Shown here: positions 1 through 14,519 of the stretch, piece by piece
Position numbering within the stretch: the first letter of the stretch is position 1
Layout of the letters: every line of letters starts with the position of its first letter
Assembly (NCBI GenBank): GCA_964016885.1
Contig: OZ024741.1
Span: 135,222,001-135,286,000 of the forward strand
DNA length: 64,000 bases
Direction: 5' to 3'
Origin: Eledone cirrhosa
Taxonomy: Eukaryota
The notes under the pieces: generated by a model
Databases searched by the model: none
Told to the model about the DNA's origin: nothing
What the model saw: the letters and a program-made list of their open reading frames with translations, nothing else
Position numbers and translations under genes: made by a program

Positions 1-487
1 TCAGAATAAAGGCATATATTAGCCTATCTAGAATATTTTTATGTATAATAAACATACATATAGCTTCATATATAGTTTGTTTACAAAATCTATTAGTGAT
101 ATCGCTAGCACAGTATATTATACAGGTGGTTAGTTTTTATGTTGCATCTATTAGCAACGCAACCATTTTGATTTTTCACCTGTGAAATTGCAGGTATTAA
201 ATAGGACCATTAACTGCGTCAATATCCTCATTGTAGGAGAATCTGCGAAAGCTCGCCACCGTCTCTTCTTTCAGACGGCTTCATTCTTTATAAAAAAGCA
301 CATTTCATTCATATAATTTCTACACCCACCCACGAAAAAAGTGTTCATTTATAGTATTGTAACTATGACTAGTGCATGTAGAACCTAGATTTCTACTTTA
401 CTAACTTGAACAAAGAAGATTTCTGTATGACTCCCACTATCATTTGTCAATGAAATCAAAATACATAGTTAATACATTTTCGTCCCT

Positions 488-1530
488 ATTTGTGATATGT
501 ATGTGCCTGTGTGAATGTGTGTGAAATTGTGATATGCATGTAAATGTGTGTGTATTTGTGATATGTATGTGCCTGTGTGAATGTGTGTGTGTGTGTGTTT
601 GCGTATTTGTGATATGCATGTGCCTGTGTGAATGTGTGTGTGTGTTTGTATAATTGTGATATGCATGTGCCTGTGTGAATGTGTGTGTGTTTGTGTATTT
701 GTGATATGCATGTGCCTGTGTGAATGTGTGTGTGTGTTTGTGTAATTGTGATATGCATGTGCCTGTGTGAATGTGTGTGTGTGTTTGTGTAATTGTGATA
801 TGCATGTGCCTGTGTGAATGTGTGTGTGTGTTTGTGTAATTGTGATATGCATGTGCCTGTGTGAATGTGTGTGTGTTTGTGTATTTGTGATATGCATGTG
901 CCTGTGTGAATGTGTGTGTGTGTTTGTGTAATTGTGATATGCATGTGCCTGTGTGAATGTGTGTGTGTTTGTGTATTTGTGATATGCATGTGCCTGTGTG
1001 AATGTGTGTGTGTGTTTGTGTAATTGTGATATGCATGTGCCTGTGTGAATGTGTGTGTGTGTTTGTGTAATTGTGATATGCATGTGCCTGTGTGAATGTG
1101 TGTGTGTGTTTGTGTAATTGTGATATGCATGTGCCTGTGTGAATGTGTGTGTGTGTTTGTGTAATTGTGATATGCATGTGCCTGTGTGAATGTGTGTGTG
1201 TGTTTGTGTAATTGTGATATGCATGTGCCTGTGTGAATGTGTGTGTGTGTTTGTGTAATTGTGATATGCATGTGCCTGTGTGAATGTGTGTGTGTTTGTG
1301 TATTTGTGATATGCATGTGCCTGTGTGAATGTGTGTGTGTGTTTGTGTATTTGTGATATACATGTGCCTGTGTGTGTGTTTGTGTATTTGTGATATGCAT
1401 GTGCCTGTGTGAATGTGTGTGTGGGGTGTATTTGTGATATGCATGTGCCTGTGTGAATGTGTGTGTGTTTGTGTATTTGTGATATGCATGTGCCTGTGTG
1501 AATGTGTGTGTGGGGTGTATTTGTGCGATA
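488..1530. repeat. Minisatellite, ~45-47 bp unit (ATTTGTGATATGCATGTGCCTGTGTGAAT(GT)nTTGTGT), roughly 22 copies
   Basis: TGCATGTGCC recurs at 801, 848, 893 and onward; unit length varies with the internal GT run. Explains the His/Thr-rich ORFs 440-1735, 469-1224 and 486-1400. Confidence 0.95.
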
Positions 1531-1589
1531 TTATGTGTGTACCTTTTCTATTTGAGAACATTTGTGTGAGTGTGAATATGTTGGCCGAA

Positions 1590-1910
1590 TAATTAAGAAA
1601 TTCGCTACATAACCATAACATCCGAGGTTTGATCCCACTGTTTGACATCACGCGGAAAGGGTATTTATCATTACTCCAGTTTGACTCATACATCGTGAGG
1701 AAAATTGGACAGATGGAAACTGTATGGAAGCCCATCGAATGGACTGTACCTCTAATTTATAGGCCCAGTCTTGTTAAACACTGTCACGCCCAATCTTCTA
1801 GATAATTATATTAAAAGTCCACGTGTCTGTGAAATGCTCAGCCACTTTCGTTATAATTTTACGAGCAGGGAGTTTCGTTGATAGAACAACTGGAACACTC
1901 ATTGTTCAAT
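1590..1910 (+). mobile_element. Decayed tRNA-derived SINE pieces (family C head plus family B tail)
   Basis: B-box-like GGTTTGATCCC followed by GACAGATGGAAACTGTATGGAAGCCC; later GAAATGCTCAGCCAC...AATTTTACGAGCAGG, shared with other copies in the window. Confidence 0.55.
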
Positions 1911-2074
1911 CGGATATAGTGTTATTTCATTTGATATCCGTGATAAAACGCTATTATCATGTCCGCTAATATCAAATTTTGAAGGTTTTCAAGCCTAACA
2001 TGACAACTAAAGTAAATTTTCGTTCGTTATTCCAACATGTAGTTCAAACTCATTGTGGGTTTTGTTCTAGTTTA

Positions 2075-2330
2075 CTACTGGGAAGGTATGAAGTGCGTTC
2101 AATTCCCGGCGGCGTGTTTTGTCCTTGAGCGAGGCTCTTTAATTCACGTTGATCCAGTCCCCTAACCTGGCAAAAATTGAAAGGGCCAGCCATCGTCACG
2201 CAGAACCCACTGAAAAATACGTTAAATGTACAAGTGTTTCTGGAATGCTCAGTCGCTTGTTTGTAAATTTCATGAGCATAATATTCTCTTGCTCTAGCAA
2301 ATTGGAGTACTCCTCGTCGAAACCGACAGA
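2075..2330 (+). mobile_element. tRNA-derived SINE, family B
   Basis: GTTCAATTCCCGGCGGCGTG...GTCCTTGAGC head and GGAATGCTCAG...AATTTCATGAGCA body match copies at 52045, 40060 and 49450. Confidence 0.7.
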
Positions 2331-3679
2331 ATTCCAATACACTTTTGTCACTAATTCTGTTACAATCAATTTGGACAATAAAACAATCCGTCTCCGACGA
2401 TTATTTGATTTTACCTTCTAAAAAAATCATAGAATTTGTGGTTATAATTTCTGTTTACCCTAGCTTGGCACAGCACCACGTTGTAAAGCATTTTTAATCA
2501 GTAAATGTATTTTTTTTAAATGTTCTATATACCTTTTTTCCCTTATTTTATTTAATAACATATTCAGTGAGACATGTAACGAATTTTTCTGAGTGTCAAA
2601 TACGTTGCTTAGTAAGTATTGGATGTTCACAATATATCAATATAACATTAATTATATAGGTTTATTGCCTCGCTTCGTTATTTTTATATTTTTATTTACT
2701 TTGTAAGAATCTCCGACGCAATAAGACGTTAAATATTTAAGTTTCATTTTCATCAATACTAGATTCATTTCAGAGTAAGTAATAGCAATAGTAACCGGAT
2801 CGATAATACAGTAATCAGAACATCAAATAACAGAATAGTATGCACATGCGCAAATATACCCCGAAATAAATATATATTTAAATGCATTTATCATTGAACT
2901 GAAGATAAATAAATCTGTTATCTAAATTCAATTATAAGAAGATTTATTCAATATATTTTGAATAAAATCAGTTTCTTTTCGAAATTTCATCTTTCGTTTT
3001 TACCTCGCTTGGCTAAGTTAATTATCGATTTGTTTAAGCTGCTCCGATATCGGCCAAACACACGACTGTCATACTGCTTTGAACAATACCTTTTATGTAA
3101 ATAGCACCGAGCTTCTATTGACCAACAGGGGAATGTAAATCATACCAGTCTCACATTGTAGAAGAGAACGTATGTATTCCAATGATTGGCGTTAACGGCG
3201 TATGATTTATTTCCTGCCAAAGGGTTTATGTCAATAAATTGCTATATTTCACTAACAGTTTATTGACCCTTTCTCTCGAATGTCGAAAAAAAAAAAAAAA
3301 AAAAAAAAAAGGCGTTATCTTCTTTTTCCAGTGTCCTCCTCCATCCAGTTCGGATAATGAATCATTGTATTAGAAAAATTGAACGCTAAAATAAATGTAA
3401 ACCTTTGTAGATAATTAAATTACGACTACATCTGGATGTAATCTCCTCCTAAATATATTAGCAGATCTGAACAATAAAATTAGTCTATTTTTTCCATTAA
3501 TTTTAGTTGTGTGAATTCAAGGGGGAGTAAAACTACTTAAAAAAAAAACTGATGCAGTTTTAGATTTATTGAGTATTTCATGTCTCACTTCAAATATATG
3601 TTTTTTGTAATTCTAATTTTGTTATTAAAGCATTTGTAAAAAATGGAGAAGCTGGGAGAGGTCTTTAATGTCATTTTCC

Positions 3680-4210
<531 letters not shown>

Positions 4211-4468
4211 CCTATCTATTGTAATATTTTAATTATCTCTTTTAAAGCCATGTGTTCAAATTTCAGTGAGATCAATTTCATCATTTATTTGCCTGGCATC
4301 AATAAAAAAACCATCGAGTATATAGGTATAATGAAGACGATTTAATCAACTACACTTCGAATAAACCTATGTGGAGTCTTGTATCAAGGTGATAAAATTA
4401 TATTTTGGATGATAATATGAAATTATATAATTTCATATTTTCATAATATCCCTCAATTCTCTCTCTCT

Positions 4469-4542
4469 AACCCTCGGAGAAATGGAAAAAGATGAGTATT
4501 GACGTACGTCAATACTCATCTTTTTCCATTTCTCCGAGGGTT
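4469..4542. repeat. Perfect 74-bp palindrome
   Basis: AACCCTCGGAGAAATGGAAAAAGATGAGTATTGACGT|ACGTCAATACTCATCTTTTTCCATTTCTCCGAGGGTT, no spacer. Confidence 0.95.
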
Positions 4543-4675
4543 CTTAACCCCACTATCAGGCTAAATAATTTTCTTTAATTTCTTTAGTCAAAATACGGCG
4601 ATAGCTTATATTTATAATTTCAAACTCGCTCGCTGTTTCGAAAATATTCTTACTATATGTATATATATATATATA

Positions 4676-5173
4676 CTAGCCGTATTACCCGCGCCGTGGT
4701 GCGTTTGACACATTTTTTTTGTAAGAAAATGATGATAGATTTTAAATCAGTGATATAATTTATGGAGAAAAACTCTGCATTTCAATATTACTCAATGTGA
4801 AATGTAATGCATGAAAAATTTGAAAAACTTCTTTTTTGTAATATATCAAATCAAAATTACATTATTAAATCTTATTCTTATTTTGTTTGTTGTAAATAAT
4901 TTTTTTCAAAATATCAATTCAAAACTTTTGTGAATAGGCATCATATCTTGTCATTTACCTATGGTTTAAATTTCATATAAATCGAAGGGAAAACATTTTC
5001 AGCGGGGGTTTTTGTGCCCCCGGCGAACCCTTTGATTAAAATGAAATATACTTATCCAAGTACCCTGGGCAATGTAGTTTCAGAATATATATGCTTATGG
5101 GGGTCTATCTCCAAAAACATAGGAGCAGTTCGTAAACAAACAAACAGACAGGATACAACTTTATATATATAGA
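4676..5173 (-). mobile_element. Non-autonomous Helitron-like element
   Basis: Minus strand begins A|TCTATATATATAAAG...CTGTCTGTTTGTTTG and ends with GC-rich subterminal sequence (GCACCACGGCGCGGG) plus CTAG|T. Inserted between A and T with no TSD, the canonical Helitron termini. Confidence 0.75.
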
Positions 5174-5176
5174 TAG

Positions 5177-5247
<71 letters not shown>

Positions 5248-5609
5248 TGTTTGTGTGTATGGGTCGAGAAATATCAATCAATCTGGATTATTCCTGCAAT
5301 TATGATATTCCTACTCCACCTAGAGGTGTTTAAACGTGTTTTAATACTCAAGTATTTCTACATTCATAGGTGTGCATATCATTTCAAAAGCTTAAATACT
5401 TCAATCGATAAATTGTCAAAAAAAATGTCACGGTAACATAAATAAGTGAAAATATGTCTAATAAACGTTAGTTGAGTCAAAAATGAAGTGGCAAAGTAAA
5501 TTTATAAGATCATACCTAATATTCAAAAACGTGCCAGAGGTCATCATAGCATTAATGTAAAATTAATTGCGCTTCTTCTTCAATAAATTAGAATCAAGAT
5601 AAAATAATG

Positions 5610-5790
5610 ATTTCTACTATAGGCAATTTTGGGGGAGGGGAAAGTCGATTAAATCGACCCCAGTGCGTGACTGGTATTTTATTTTATCGACCCCGTAAGG
5701 ATGAAAGGCAAAACTAACCTTGGCGGGATTTGAACTCAGAAGGTAAAAGGACGTAACTCTATGCTGTAAAGTATGGTGTCCGACGCTCTA
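5610..5790 (-). mobile_element. tRNA-derived SINE, family A (octopus OR/OK-like; exact family not verifiable)
   Basis: Reverse complement has B-box GAGTTCAAATCCCGCC and body CTTTCATCCTTACGGGGTCGATAAAAT; more than 12 copies in the window. Confidence 0.8.
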
Positions 5791-6350
5791 TGGTAATTAT
5801 AGAAGAACCGAGGGGAGTGACTGTAGAAATAATATTAAGTGAAATTAGCTTACCACGCTTACCACGTTATAGTTCATGACGGAATCGAATTAGTTCCGCT
5901 AATCATATAGCAGGGTGCCTTAGATTCTTAAATTGACAATATTAAAACATAATCCAACAAAAGAAAGACAGTTTATTCAATATCTAAGTTTCATAAATAC
6001 AAGAAACATTTCAAAGTAATAGTAACTGTATCGAAATTACAGTAATCAGAACATGATATAACTCACATGAGCAAATATATCTTGGAATTCCTGGCGGTGT
6101 CGTAGAGTCTCCATCGCAACAGATCTTACGATATCTACACCCAGTGAAGCCCTTCCTATTCCAAATCTGAACCCAGCCGATTTCTTCTTCTTCTTCTTCT
6201 TCTTCTTCTTCTTCTTGTGAAAGACAGAAAGAGAGAGAGAGAGTGAGAGAGAGAAGGGGAGTGTGTATGAGAGAGAGAGAGAGAGAGTGAGAGTGTGTGT
6301 GAGTGTGTGTGTGTATATGTATATGTATGTGTGTGTGTGTGTGTGAGAGA

Positions 6351-6394
<44 letters not shown>

Positions 6395-6599
6395 AAATCA
6401 GTAATAAACTGGTCTTTAGTGACCATGAAAGGATTAAAGGCAAAGTTGACGTCGATGGGGTCAGAAGACACCGCAGAGCATTTTATCCAACTTTGTAAAT
6501 TCTCCTTACGGGCTAATAGCATATGGAAGTAAAGTGTTTAGGGTGCACAGTTATGAATAGAAACATGGGAAGCCATAAAATACTGATATATCGTAATAG

Positions 6600-6785
6600 C
6601 CTTGTTAAGTCCACAAATGCCTAAAACATGAAAAAGCCAGCTTTGTAACACAACATGTTACACTGAACCTCTCCGAGAATTACTTTAAAAGTATACAATA
6701 TGTTTGTGGGAATACTCAGCCACTCGCACGTTAATTTCGCGATGAGGGTATTTTGAAACATACATCGTTGGAACCGACGGAAGTT
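6600..6785 (+). mobile_element. SINE family B 3' part
   Basis: GGAATACTCAGCCACTCGCACGTTAATTTC...GAACCGACGGAAG. Confidence 0.6.
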
Positions 6786-7747
6786 CATTTAATTCTCCCC
6801 CAAATAAGTTAACAAAATAAGCATAAATGTGTTAGCGTAAAATACAAGAAATTACTGGTTGATTTGATTTTCCTTGGAGACAATGTACATGATAATTGGA
6901 GAGCAATGTAGATGAAAGCTAATTCGATCTATCGTCTCCAAGAAGTGCGCAATCCATGATACATATCGATTTTTTCATTAATGCGTCATAGAGTTAAGGC
7001 GAGGTTGTGCTTCACTGCGGAACATTAAATAAGTCCAAAGGTGTCCATATATGTCTTTCGTTGTTGTCGAAAAAAAAAATATATATCGTTTCATTCCTTC
7101 TCCAATTTGTTTTACAGAATTTTCCGATACTACACAGTATTTCTTCTAAACCTGCATTCATATTACTTACTTTGACTAATTCTATGCTTCCGACCTTCCA
7201 TACTTTTCGCTCGAATTCTCTCCCCTTTTGTGTCCAGAGGTTCGTTTGTTCAGTCTTAAGGCCACATTTCTTTTGCTAAACCGAGTTCATTGTTTGATTA
7301 GCAGTTTATTTTATTGACTCCAGGAAAATGAAAGGTAAAATTGATCTCAGTGGGATTTGAATTTAGAAAGAAAAAAGCCGCAACTAAATATCTGCAAGGC
7401 ATTTTGATCAACGCTGCTAAATTTAAGCTAGGAGATAATGTATATAAAACAGAAAAAAATTATACCAAACAATCACCGGAGCTAGATTCTGAAATGTCAT
7501 CCAGTAGGCAGGTTATATAACATATATAGGGAGGATGGAGTTGGAGAGAGACTGGCGAAGTTTAGAGTTTAAAGATGAAGTTCTAAAGGAATAATAAGAG
7601 AGAACGAGAATAAAAACTCTATTTTTCCAATAACTTCACCGAAAGTAGAAGAATCACTTATAGGAATTCACAGATATATTGACCTTCTCAGATCCATCGA
7701 TGTGCGGAAACCTTTAAAAGAGAGACACTCAAAACAGTGTGTGTGTA

Positions 7748-7783
<36 letters not shown>

Positions 7784-8179
7784 TGTGTGTGTACGTGAAT
7801 GCGTACGTGTGATATTTGGTTTATTGAATTTTTAACACATATCAAAAATATATAAATATATACACACAGACATGAATATATATATATATATATATATTCT
7901 TTTTCTGATTTCAGTGATTAAACTGGAGCCACGCTATGTATATATATATATATGTTATGTAATAAACAACATAAGGCAATTATTTCATTTACCAGTGTTT
8001 TCTTAAAAGCAAACAAATTTTGCTCAATCATTATAATGAAAAAATCCTGGTCTATTAAGCTCTGTTACCTACATAGAGCACTCTTTTTTCCTGGACTTTT
8101 CCGATGGAATTACTTCATTTACACATATATATATATGTATAGTAATAATAATAAATATATATATATATATATATATGTA

Positions 8180-8435
8180 TAGTAATAATAATAAATGTGA
8201 AGACTAAAATCCAAAGAGGGCTCGATAAGGATTATATGTACAAATATATATAAAAACTGTAGAGCAAATATTTATTAAAATAACAGATTAAAGTTTAAGC
8301 AAAGAATCATTGCTTTCACCCTTAGCGGGATCTTCTGAAACTAAAAAAAAATCAATCTACGTCGACAGATTGATTTTTTTTAGCTTCAGAAGATCCCGTT
8401 AAGCAACGATTCTTTCCTTAAACTTTAATCGGTTA

Positions 8436-8443
<8 letters not shown>
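8180..8443. mobile_element. TA-embedded inverted-repeat module (PLE-terminus-like); second copy at 59031-59259
   Basis: Arms 8273-8358 and 8366-8443 are inverted; the unique left segment GAAGACTAAAATCCAAAGAGGGCTCGATAAGG is shared with 59049. Confidence 0.8.
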
Positions 8444-8489
<46 letters not shown>

Positions 8490-8497
8490 CATACATA

Positions 8498-8562
<65 letters not shown>

Positions 8563-8884
8563 CTGTGTATGCTTGTAAATATATATGCATGTATATGTAT
8601 GCACACCCACCCACACAAACACACACATACACAGTATACAATTTTTATGACAAACAAAGAGAGAAAAGTTTCAAATATGTATTGCCTGTAAATTAGTAGA
8701 GAATATACATATTACTAAAAATATTTAACCTTTCCACAGAAAACATTGTTTCTTCCTTTCCGGAGGTGGGAGCTTAGTTTTGATAGCAGAGCTAACATTT
8801 GTATTGCAGATTAACCTATCACATAAATCCATATAGATATGTAGATGAAAATACTAATATTATCAGTAGTTATATATTCCACTT

Positions 8885-8953
<69 letters not shown>

Positions 8954-9003
8954 GTAAGATACTTGGTATGAAATCGTGTGTTGAAACAGATATTGTCTGT
9001 TAG

Positions 9004-9123
9004 ATTAAATATTTAGAGTCTGCTATGTATTGAGTACCTCACTTACTGTGGTTATCCCCGATTGAAACCTGGATGCACACACACACACACACAAATGTAT
9101 ATATATACATATATATGTATATA

Positions 9124-9163
<40 letters not shown>

Positions 9164-9327
9164 TATATACATATATATATATACATATATATATACATAT
9201 ATATATATATACATATATATATACATATATATATATACATATGTGTGTGTGTGTGCACCCAGGTTTCAATCGGGGATAACCACAGTAAGTGAGGTACTCA
9301 ATACATAGCAGACTCTAAATATTTAAT
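9004..9327. repeat. Inverted repeat (~75 bp unique arms) symmetric about a (CA)/(TA)/(TG) microsatellite; related copy at 21165-21330
   Basis: ATTAAATATTTAGAGTCTGCTATGTATTGAGTACCTCACTTACTGTGGTTATCCCCGATTGAAACCTGG and its reverse complement at 9258-9327. Confidence 0.9.
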
Positions 9328-9479
9328 ATAGAAATGGCTTCTACAAGACTAGAACTGTTTCATTCGAAGGATATCATCAGGAAAGCCGACTGTCAATGTT
9401 ATTGACAGTCGGCTTTCCTGATGATTTCCTTTTGATGAAACAGTTCTAGTCCTGTAGAAGCCATTTCTATATTAAATAT
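9319..9479. ncRNA. Palindromic module carrying a hammerhead-like core in each arm
   Basis: Plus arm CTGATGA (9418-9424)...GAAAC AGTTCTA GTC (9437-9451), mirrored on the minus strand; stem II is imperfect. Confidence 0.5.
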
Positions 9480-9706
9480 ATATATATATATATAATAATA
9501 CAAGCGCGAATGGTTACTCCTTCATTACGTTTATTGGTTGGTGACGCGCGTTTAGCTACTGATCAACTCAAGGTTCGATCTGTATCGATCTAACCCGACT
9601 CTTATTATACTACACTCTGTCTAGCTCTACACCTCGATACTAACGTGAACCTAAACATCGAGTGCTCACCCGGGTGAACCGACAGTAACTCCGCGTTATA
9701 CTCCCT

Positions 9707-9941
<235 letters not shown>

Positions 9942-10179
9942 TATATATATGTATATATATAACGGAATTATATTTGAAACGTGGCGAGCGAAGTTTAGAA
10001 TAATTGAAATAGAAATAGAATCTTCACCGTAATACTTTTGACTATATAGTATAATAAAAAATATTACGGTGAAGCTTCTGTTTTTATTTCCACACACACA
10101 CACCCATACATACACCCACACACATACACACACACACAGACACACACACATACACACACAGACATATATATTATATATT

Positions 10180-10346
10180 TCGTTTCTGAATTTGTTTAGC
10201 AAGATTCTTTATCTGAAAACGTGTGTTGAAACCGATATTGTTATACTTTGGGAGGGTCATGTTGCCAATAAGAAACACACGCACCAGTTGCTTTCACTTC
10301 GTGTGTTTCTTATTGGCAACATGACCCTCCCAAAGTATAACAATAT
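10180..10346. mobile_element. TA-embedded inverted-repeat module; relatives at 8950-8997 and 14520-14865
   Basis: Arms 10235-10280 and 10300-10346; shared segment GCAAGATT..TTATCTGAAAACGTGTGTT...TTGTTATACTTTGGGAGGG.CATG.TGCCAATA. Confidence 0.8.
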
Positions 10347-10840
10347 ATTATATATATTGTGCGTTTTCACGTTTGTTACAATAGAACTTAGGATGAATAT
10401 CATTATCAACATTGCTGTCATATTTACTGCACATATAACAGTATCCGTTCGCTATAACGAATGAGTCGGCGACACAATGACGACGTTTGCTGCGGTAATA
10501 AGTCTTTCCGGAGCTTGACAAAGCGAAATATAATAAAGGGAGATAACAAGCTACAAGAAACTAACAAACAAAATCCAAAATATCTGACTATAACATACAA
10601 AGTTTTTGCCTGAAGCTTCATCTGATAAGTGACTCCGAAATATATTAGGAATTATAAGAAGTTGTTAATATAGCACATTTCTACTGTAGATTGAATAAAC
10701 TGTTGAACGTCTAGTGTAAATATATATGTATATATATATATATATGCGTGTATATGTATATATGTGTATGTGTTCATGTATATGTATGTGTGTGTGTATT
10801 TGTGTATTTATACATATGTAAATATATATCTATGTATGTA

Positions 10841-10883
<43 letters not shown>

Positions 10884-11121
10884 AATTGTGTTGTGTTGTG
10901 TTGCTATGTATACGCTTTTATAACTATTGACATTTATATCCTTTTAAAAAATAACTTGTCTAACACAAAAGATACAATAAGAAGATAAAATATTTAAACG
11001 ATAGCGTTTGAAATAATGTTTTGAACAAATAATTGTTGTCAGAGACAAATATATGGTAGGAGGCGGTGAGATGGAGCATTATCGACGAACAGTGAGCGAT
11101 ACACACACACACACACACACG

Positions 11122-11254
<133 letters not shown>

Positions 11255-11257
11255 ATA

Positions 11258-11300
<43 letters not shown>

Positions 11301-11329
11301 GTATATATGTATATATAAGTATATATATA

Positions 11330-11693
11330 GTGAGGGAGAGAGGGATAAGGTTGAGAAATAAAGAGAGAGAAAGAGAGTAAATGGAAATGGTGGGAAATGG
11401 GGAGTGAAGTATAAAGAGGAACAGAGGTAGTGAGAGAGGGAGAAATACAAAGAGAAAACTATGGAAAGATGAGAGAGAAAGAAAAAAAAAGATAAATAGC
11501 TGGAGAAAATAGATAAAGAAAGTGCAATATAGAGGGGAATAGAGAAAAGAATAATATGGAGGATGAAATAGAGAAAGAGAAGATATATAGTGAAAAATAG
11601 TGAGAAATGGGAAAAAAGAGAAATAAAGAAACAGAGAGGGGAAATTGAGAGATGAGAGAGGAAAATGGTGAGAGGGGTAAATAGAGGATAGAA

Positions 11694-11772
<79 letters not shown>

Positions 11773-11955
11773 CTGGAAAGAGGGTGGGAGAGGAAAGAAA
11801 GATAAAGAGGGAGAAATAGAGGGAGAGAGGAAGGAGGGAGAGAGGAAGGAGGGAGAGAGAGAGAGAATGACTGGAAAGAGGGTGGGAGGGGAAAGAAAGA
11901 TAAAGAGGGAGGGAGGAAGGGGAGAGAGAGAGTGAGAGAGAGTGTGAGAGAGAAG
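11330..11955. repeat. Polypurine (GA-rich) low-complexity tract with (GA)n
   Basis: Strongly purine-biased plus strand for ~620 bp. Confidence 0.9.
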
Positions 11956-12048
11956 CAGTTTTCTAATAAAAGTAAATGAAGTACGTCTGTAATAGTAAAT
12001 GTAGATTTCAATAGAAAAAATATGAAATATCGACAGCAGTAATAGAAG

Positions 12049-12252
12049 CATCATCGCCATCGCCATCATCACCATCATCATCATCATCATCATCGTCATC
12101 ACCATCGTCGTCATCATCATCGTGCTCATCAGTATCATCACCATCGTTATCATCATTGTCGTTGTCATTATCATCGTCGTTGTCATTGTTACCGTCACCA
12201 AATTCCTCATTATTATCACCATCATTGTCATCATCATCATCATCATCACCAT
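12049..12252. repeat. Degenerate (CAT)n/(CAY)n trinucleotide repeat
   Basis: Direct reading; source of the poly-Met in ORF 10960-12366. Confidence 0.9.
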
Positions 12253-12429
12253 TAAAGCTCCATTTGTCTGTGAAATGCTCAAATATTTAACCGTTAATTT
12301 CCTGAGCAGGTTGTTCCAGTTGATCAAATCAGTTGAAATACTTATCGTAGAAACTGACGGAGGCAAGATGTTTCGTTGATCGATTCAACTGAGCCACTTG
12401 TCCTTGGAATCGATAGAAGTCCAACAATA

Positions 12430-12655
12430 ATAGTTTAGGCACAAGCTCAACAATTTTGGGGGAGGGGAAAGTCGATTAAATCGACTCCTGTGCGTTACTG
12501 GTACTTTATTTTATCGACTCCGTAAAGACGAAAAGCAAAGCTAACCTCGGTGGGATTTGAATTTGGAACGTAAAGAGCCACAACTCTATGCCGCAAATCT
12601 ATGCCACAAAGCATATTGTCCAACGCTCTAGCAATAGTGCTAATCCACCTCGCTC
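12430..12655 (-). mobile_element. SINE family A (preceded by family B tail pieces at 12260-12420)
   Basis: GGCACAAG...GGGGAGGGGAAAGTCGATTAAATCGAC...CTGGTACTTTATTTTATCGAC...GGGATTTGAA. Confidence 0.8.
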
Positions 12656-13204
12656 ACCAGAGAGCAAAAAGGAATTTGAGAAAATCGAATATCTGATAAA
12701 CCGCTTTGTCAATTGAGATGTTTGGTTACTAAATATTTCTCTAGATATATATTTGTTCCACTCAATATCTTTTCACTCAAGCTTTATTTTGTAGAGAAAT
12801 AGAATTGGCTTTATTTCACTTTACTTTAGTCATTGTCTATAAAAACTATGAAGTGGATTACATAGTAAGTGGGACAAATTTGAGCGGTAACATCTCACCA
12901 GTAACATTTGAATAGTGACAACAGACAACAACATAGAATATAACAATATATATTAACATTTCATTCTATGGTTCGTGCTGTTACCGTTGTCTACGGCAAA
13001 CATGCATACATATATATATAATAATATATTTCGGTACTTATATAATAATTACTGCAATAACATGAATACACAGCCCCTTCTCTCACCTGGGCAGAGTTAC
13101 CATTAGGCATGCCTATAATACAAAGTATTAGGCTGTTCACATTTATTTAAAAAACAAAACATCTCAATAGTAAATCATCCATAATGGGTATATATATATA
13201 TATA

Positions 13205-14480
13205 TATCTTGGTTTGGGTCAAAGATAATTTCCATTTTAGTGAAATAGTTTATTCATGAATAATTTAGCAATGAATTAATTCCATATATATTCGCCATTA
13301 TTTTGAATCACCTCTTGCCATTTCACAGGTTGCTTATTGATTCCTCTCGAGTAAAATTCATCTGGTTTCGTGCTCAAGAGGTTTTCCATAAACGTTTTCA
13401 CCTGATCTTCTTCAATTTTTTTTTTGCCATTCAGAGTATCCTGTAGAGAACGAAAAAAAAAAGATGGAAATCACTTGGTGCAAGGTTTGGTAAATATGGT
13501 GGTTGGGGGAGAACAGACCAGCCTAAATCCAATATTTTTTTCCTGTGTGATTCTTGCTGAATGTGGCTTTGCATTATTACGGACAAGCCCAACGTTTCTC
13601 CTGTTGACGAGTGCGGTTCGTTTTATTAGAAGATTTTAATTTACACGTTGCAGCTGTTGGGAGTGTAAGTCTGCAATGAGTGTCAGATTGCGGTTTAAAA
13701 ACTCAAAATGCGTAATACTGCAGTGATCCCACCATACACACAGCATAGCTTTTCTTCCATGCAGCTCTGTCTTTGGGGTAGGCTGCGTAGATTTATCCTT
13801 GTCAATCTACTGCCTTTTGCGTTGACCATTGACATAAAAGACACATTTTTCATCACCTGTAATGATATTCTTGAGAAACGGGTTATTTCTCTGCTTTGAG
13901 GGAAGACTTGTAGCCATGAACATACGGTATTCCTTATTCTTCCCAAATAAGAGTATGAGGAACCCAAACGCACAGCTTGCTAACTTTTCCTGTCTTTTCC
14001 AAGTGGTGGCAGATTGTAGATTGGGATGCGTTGAGGTTAAGTGCTAATTCTCGAGTACTTTTGCGCGGATTACATTCCGTCAATTCTTATAAAGCATCTT
14101 GATCGAGGTCTGATGAGCATGCTGGTCTGGGTTCATCTCTCAATGATGTATCTCCAGAACGAAACTTTGAAAACCAGTTTCGGACTTGGTGGTCGGTAAT
14201 GACACATTGGCTATAAACACTACAAAATGTCTTCGCTGTTTCTGTAGTGTTTTTGTTATTCTTAAACTCCCAGAACGTTACGTGTCGAATATGCTCTTTC
14301 AGTTCCTCCATTTTAGGGGCGTAAATTATGATGCGCAGTCTTTCAGTAATAAAATAAGAATGACCGATGTAGACTATCTCTAATCAGGTAATTTGCAGTT
14401 CAGTTTAAAACATTTGAAGTTTGAAATGTGTGGTTACAACTAAAAAAAAAAAGAAAATTATTTATTACACAACCCATTAT
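13205..14480 (-). mobile_element. Decayed full-length mariner (Tc1/mariner, DD34D-type) transposon, transposase pseudogenised
   Basis: N-terminal HTH MEELKEHIRH...NWFSKFRSGDTSLRDEPR (14087-14311); IITGDEK; RNNAKPH (2nd Asp lost); PYLPNLAPSDFH (YSPDLAPSD motif, ~13465-13500). Multiple frameshifts. Imperfect TIRs TTGGTTTGGGTCAAAGATAATTT / AAATTATTTATTACACAACCCATTA in TA context; ~1.28 kb. Confidence 0.9.
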
Positions 14481-14519
14481 ATATGTATATATAGATATGT
14501 ATATATATACTTAGTTTTC

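Noticed and set aside
440-1735. 431-aa His/Thr-rich ORF
   Set aside because: Translation of a 45-47 bp minisatellite that is open in all three minus frames.
2149-2421. Overlapping short ORFs as a host exon
   Set aside because: Mostly within a family B SINE copy.
6046-6180. Coding exon
   Set aside because: Best reading is a stop-ridden DL...GL.W...D..RWR stretch resembling a decayed LINE 3' end; too weak to call.
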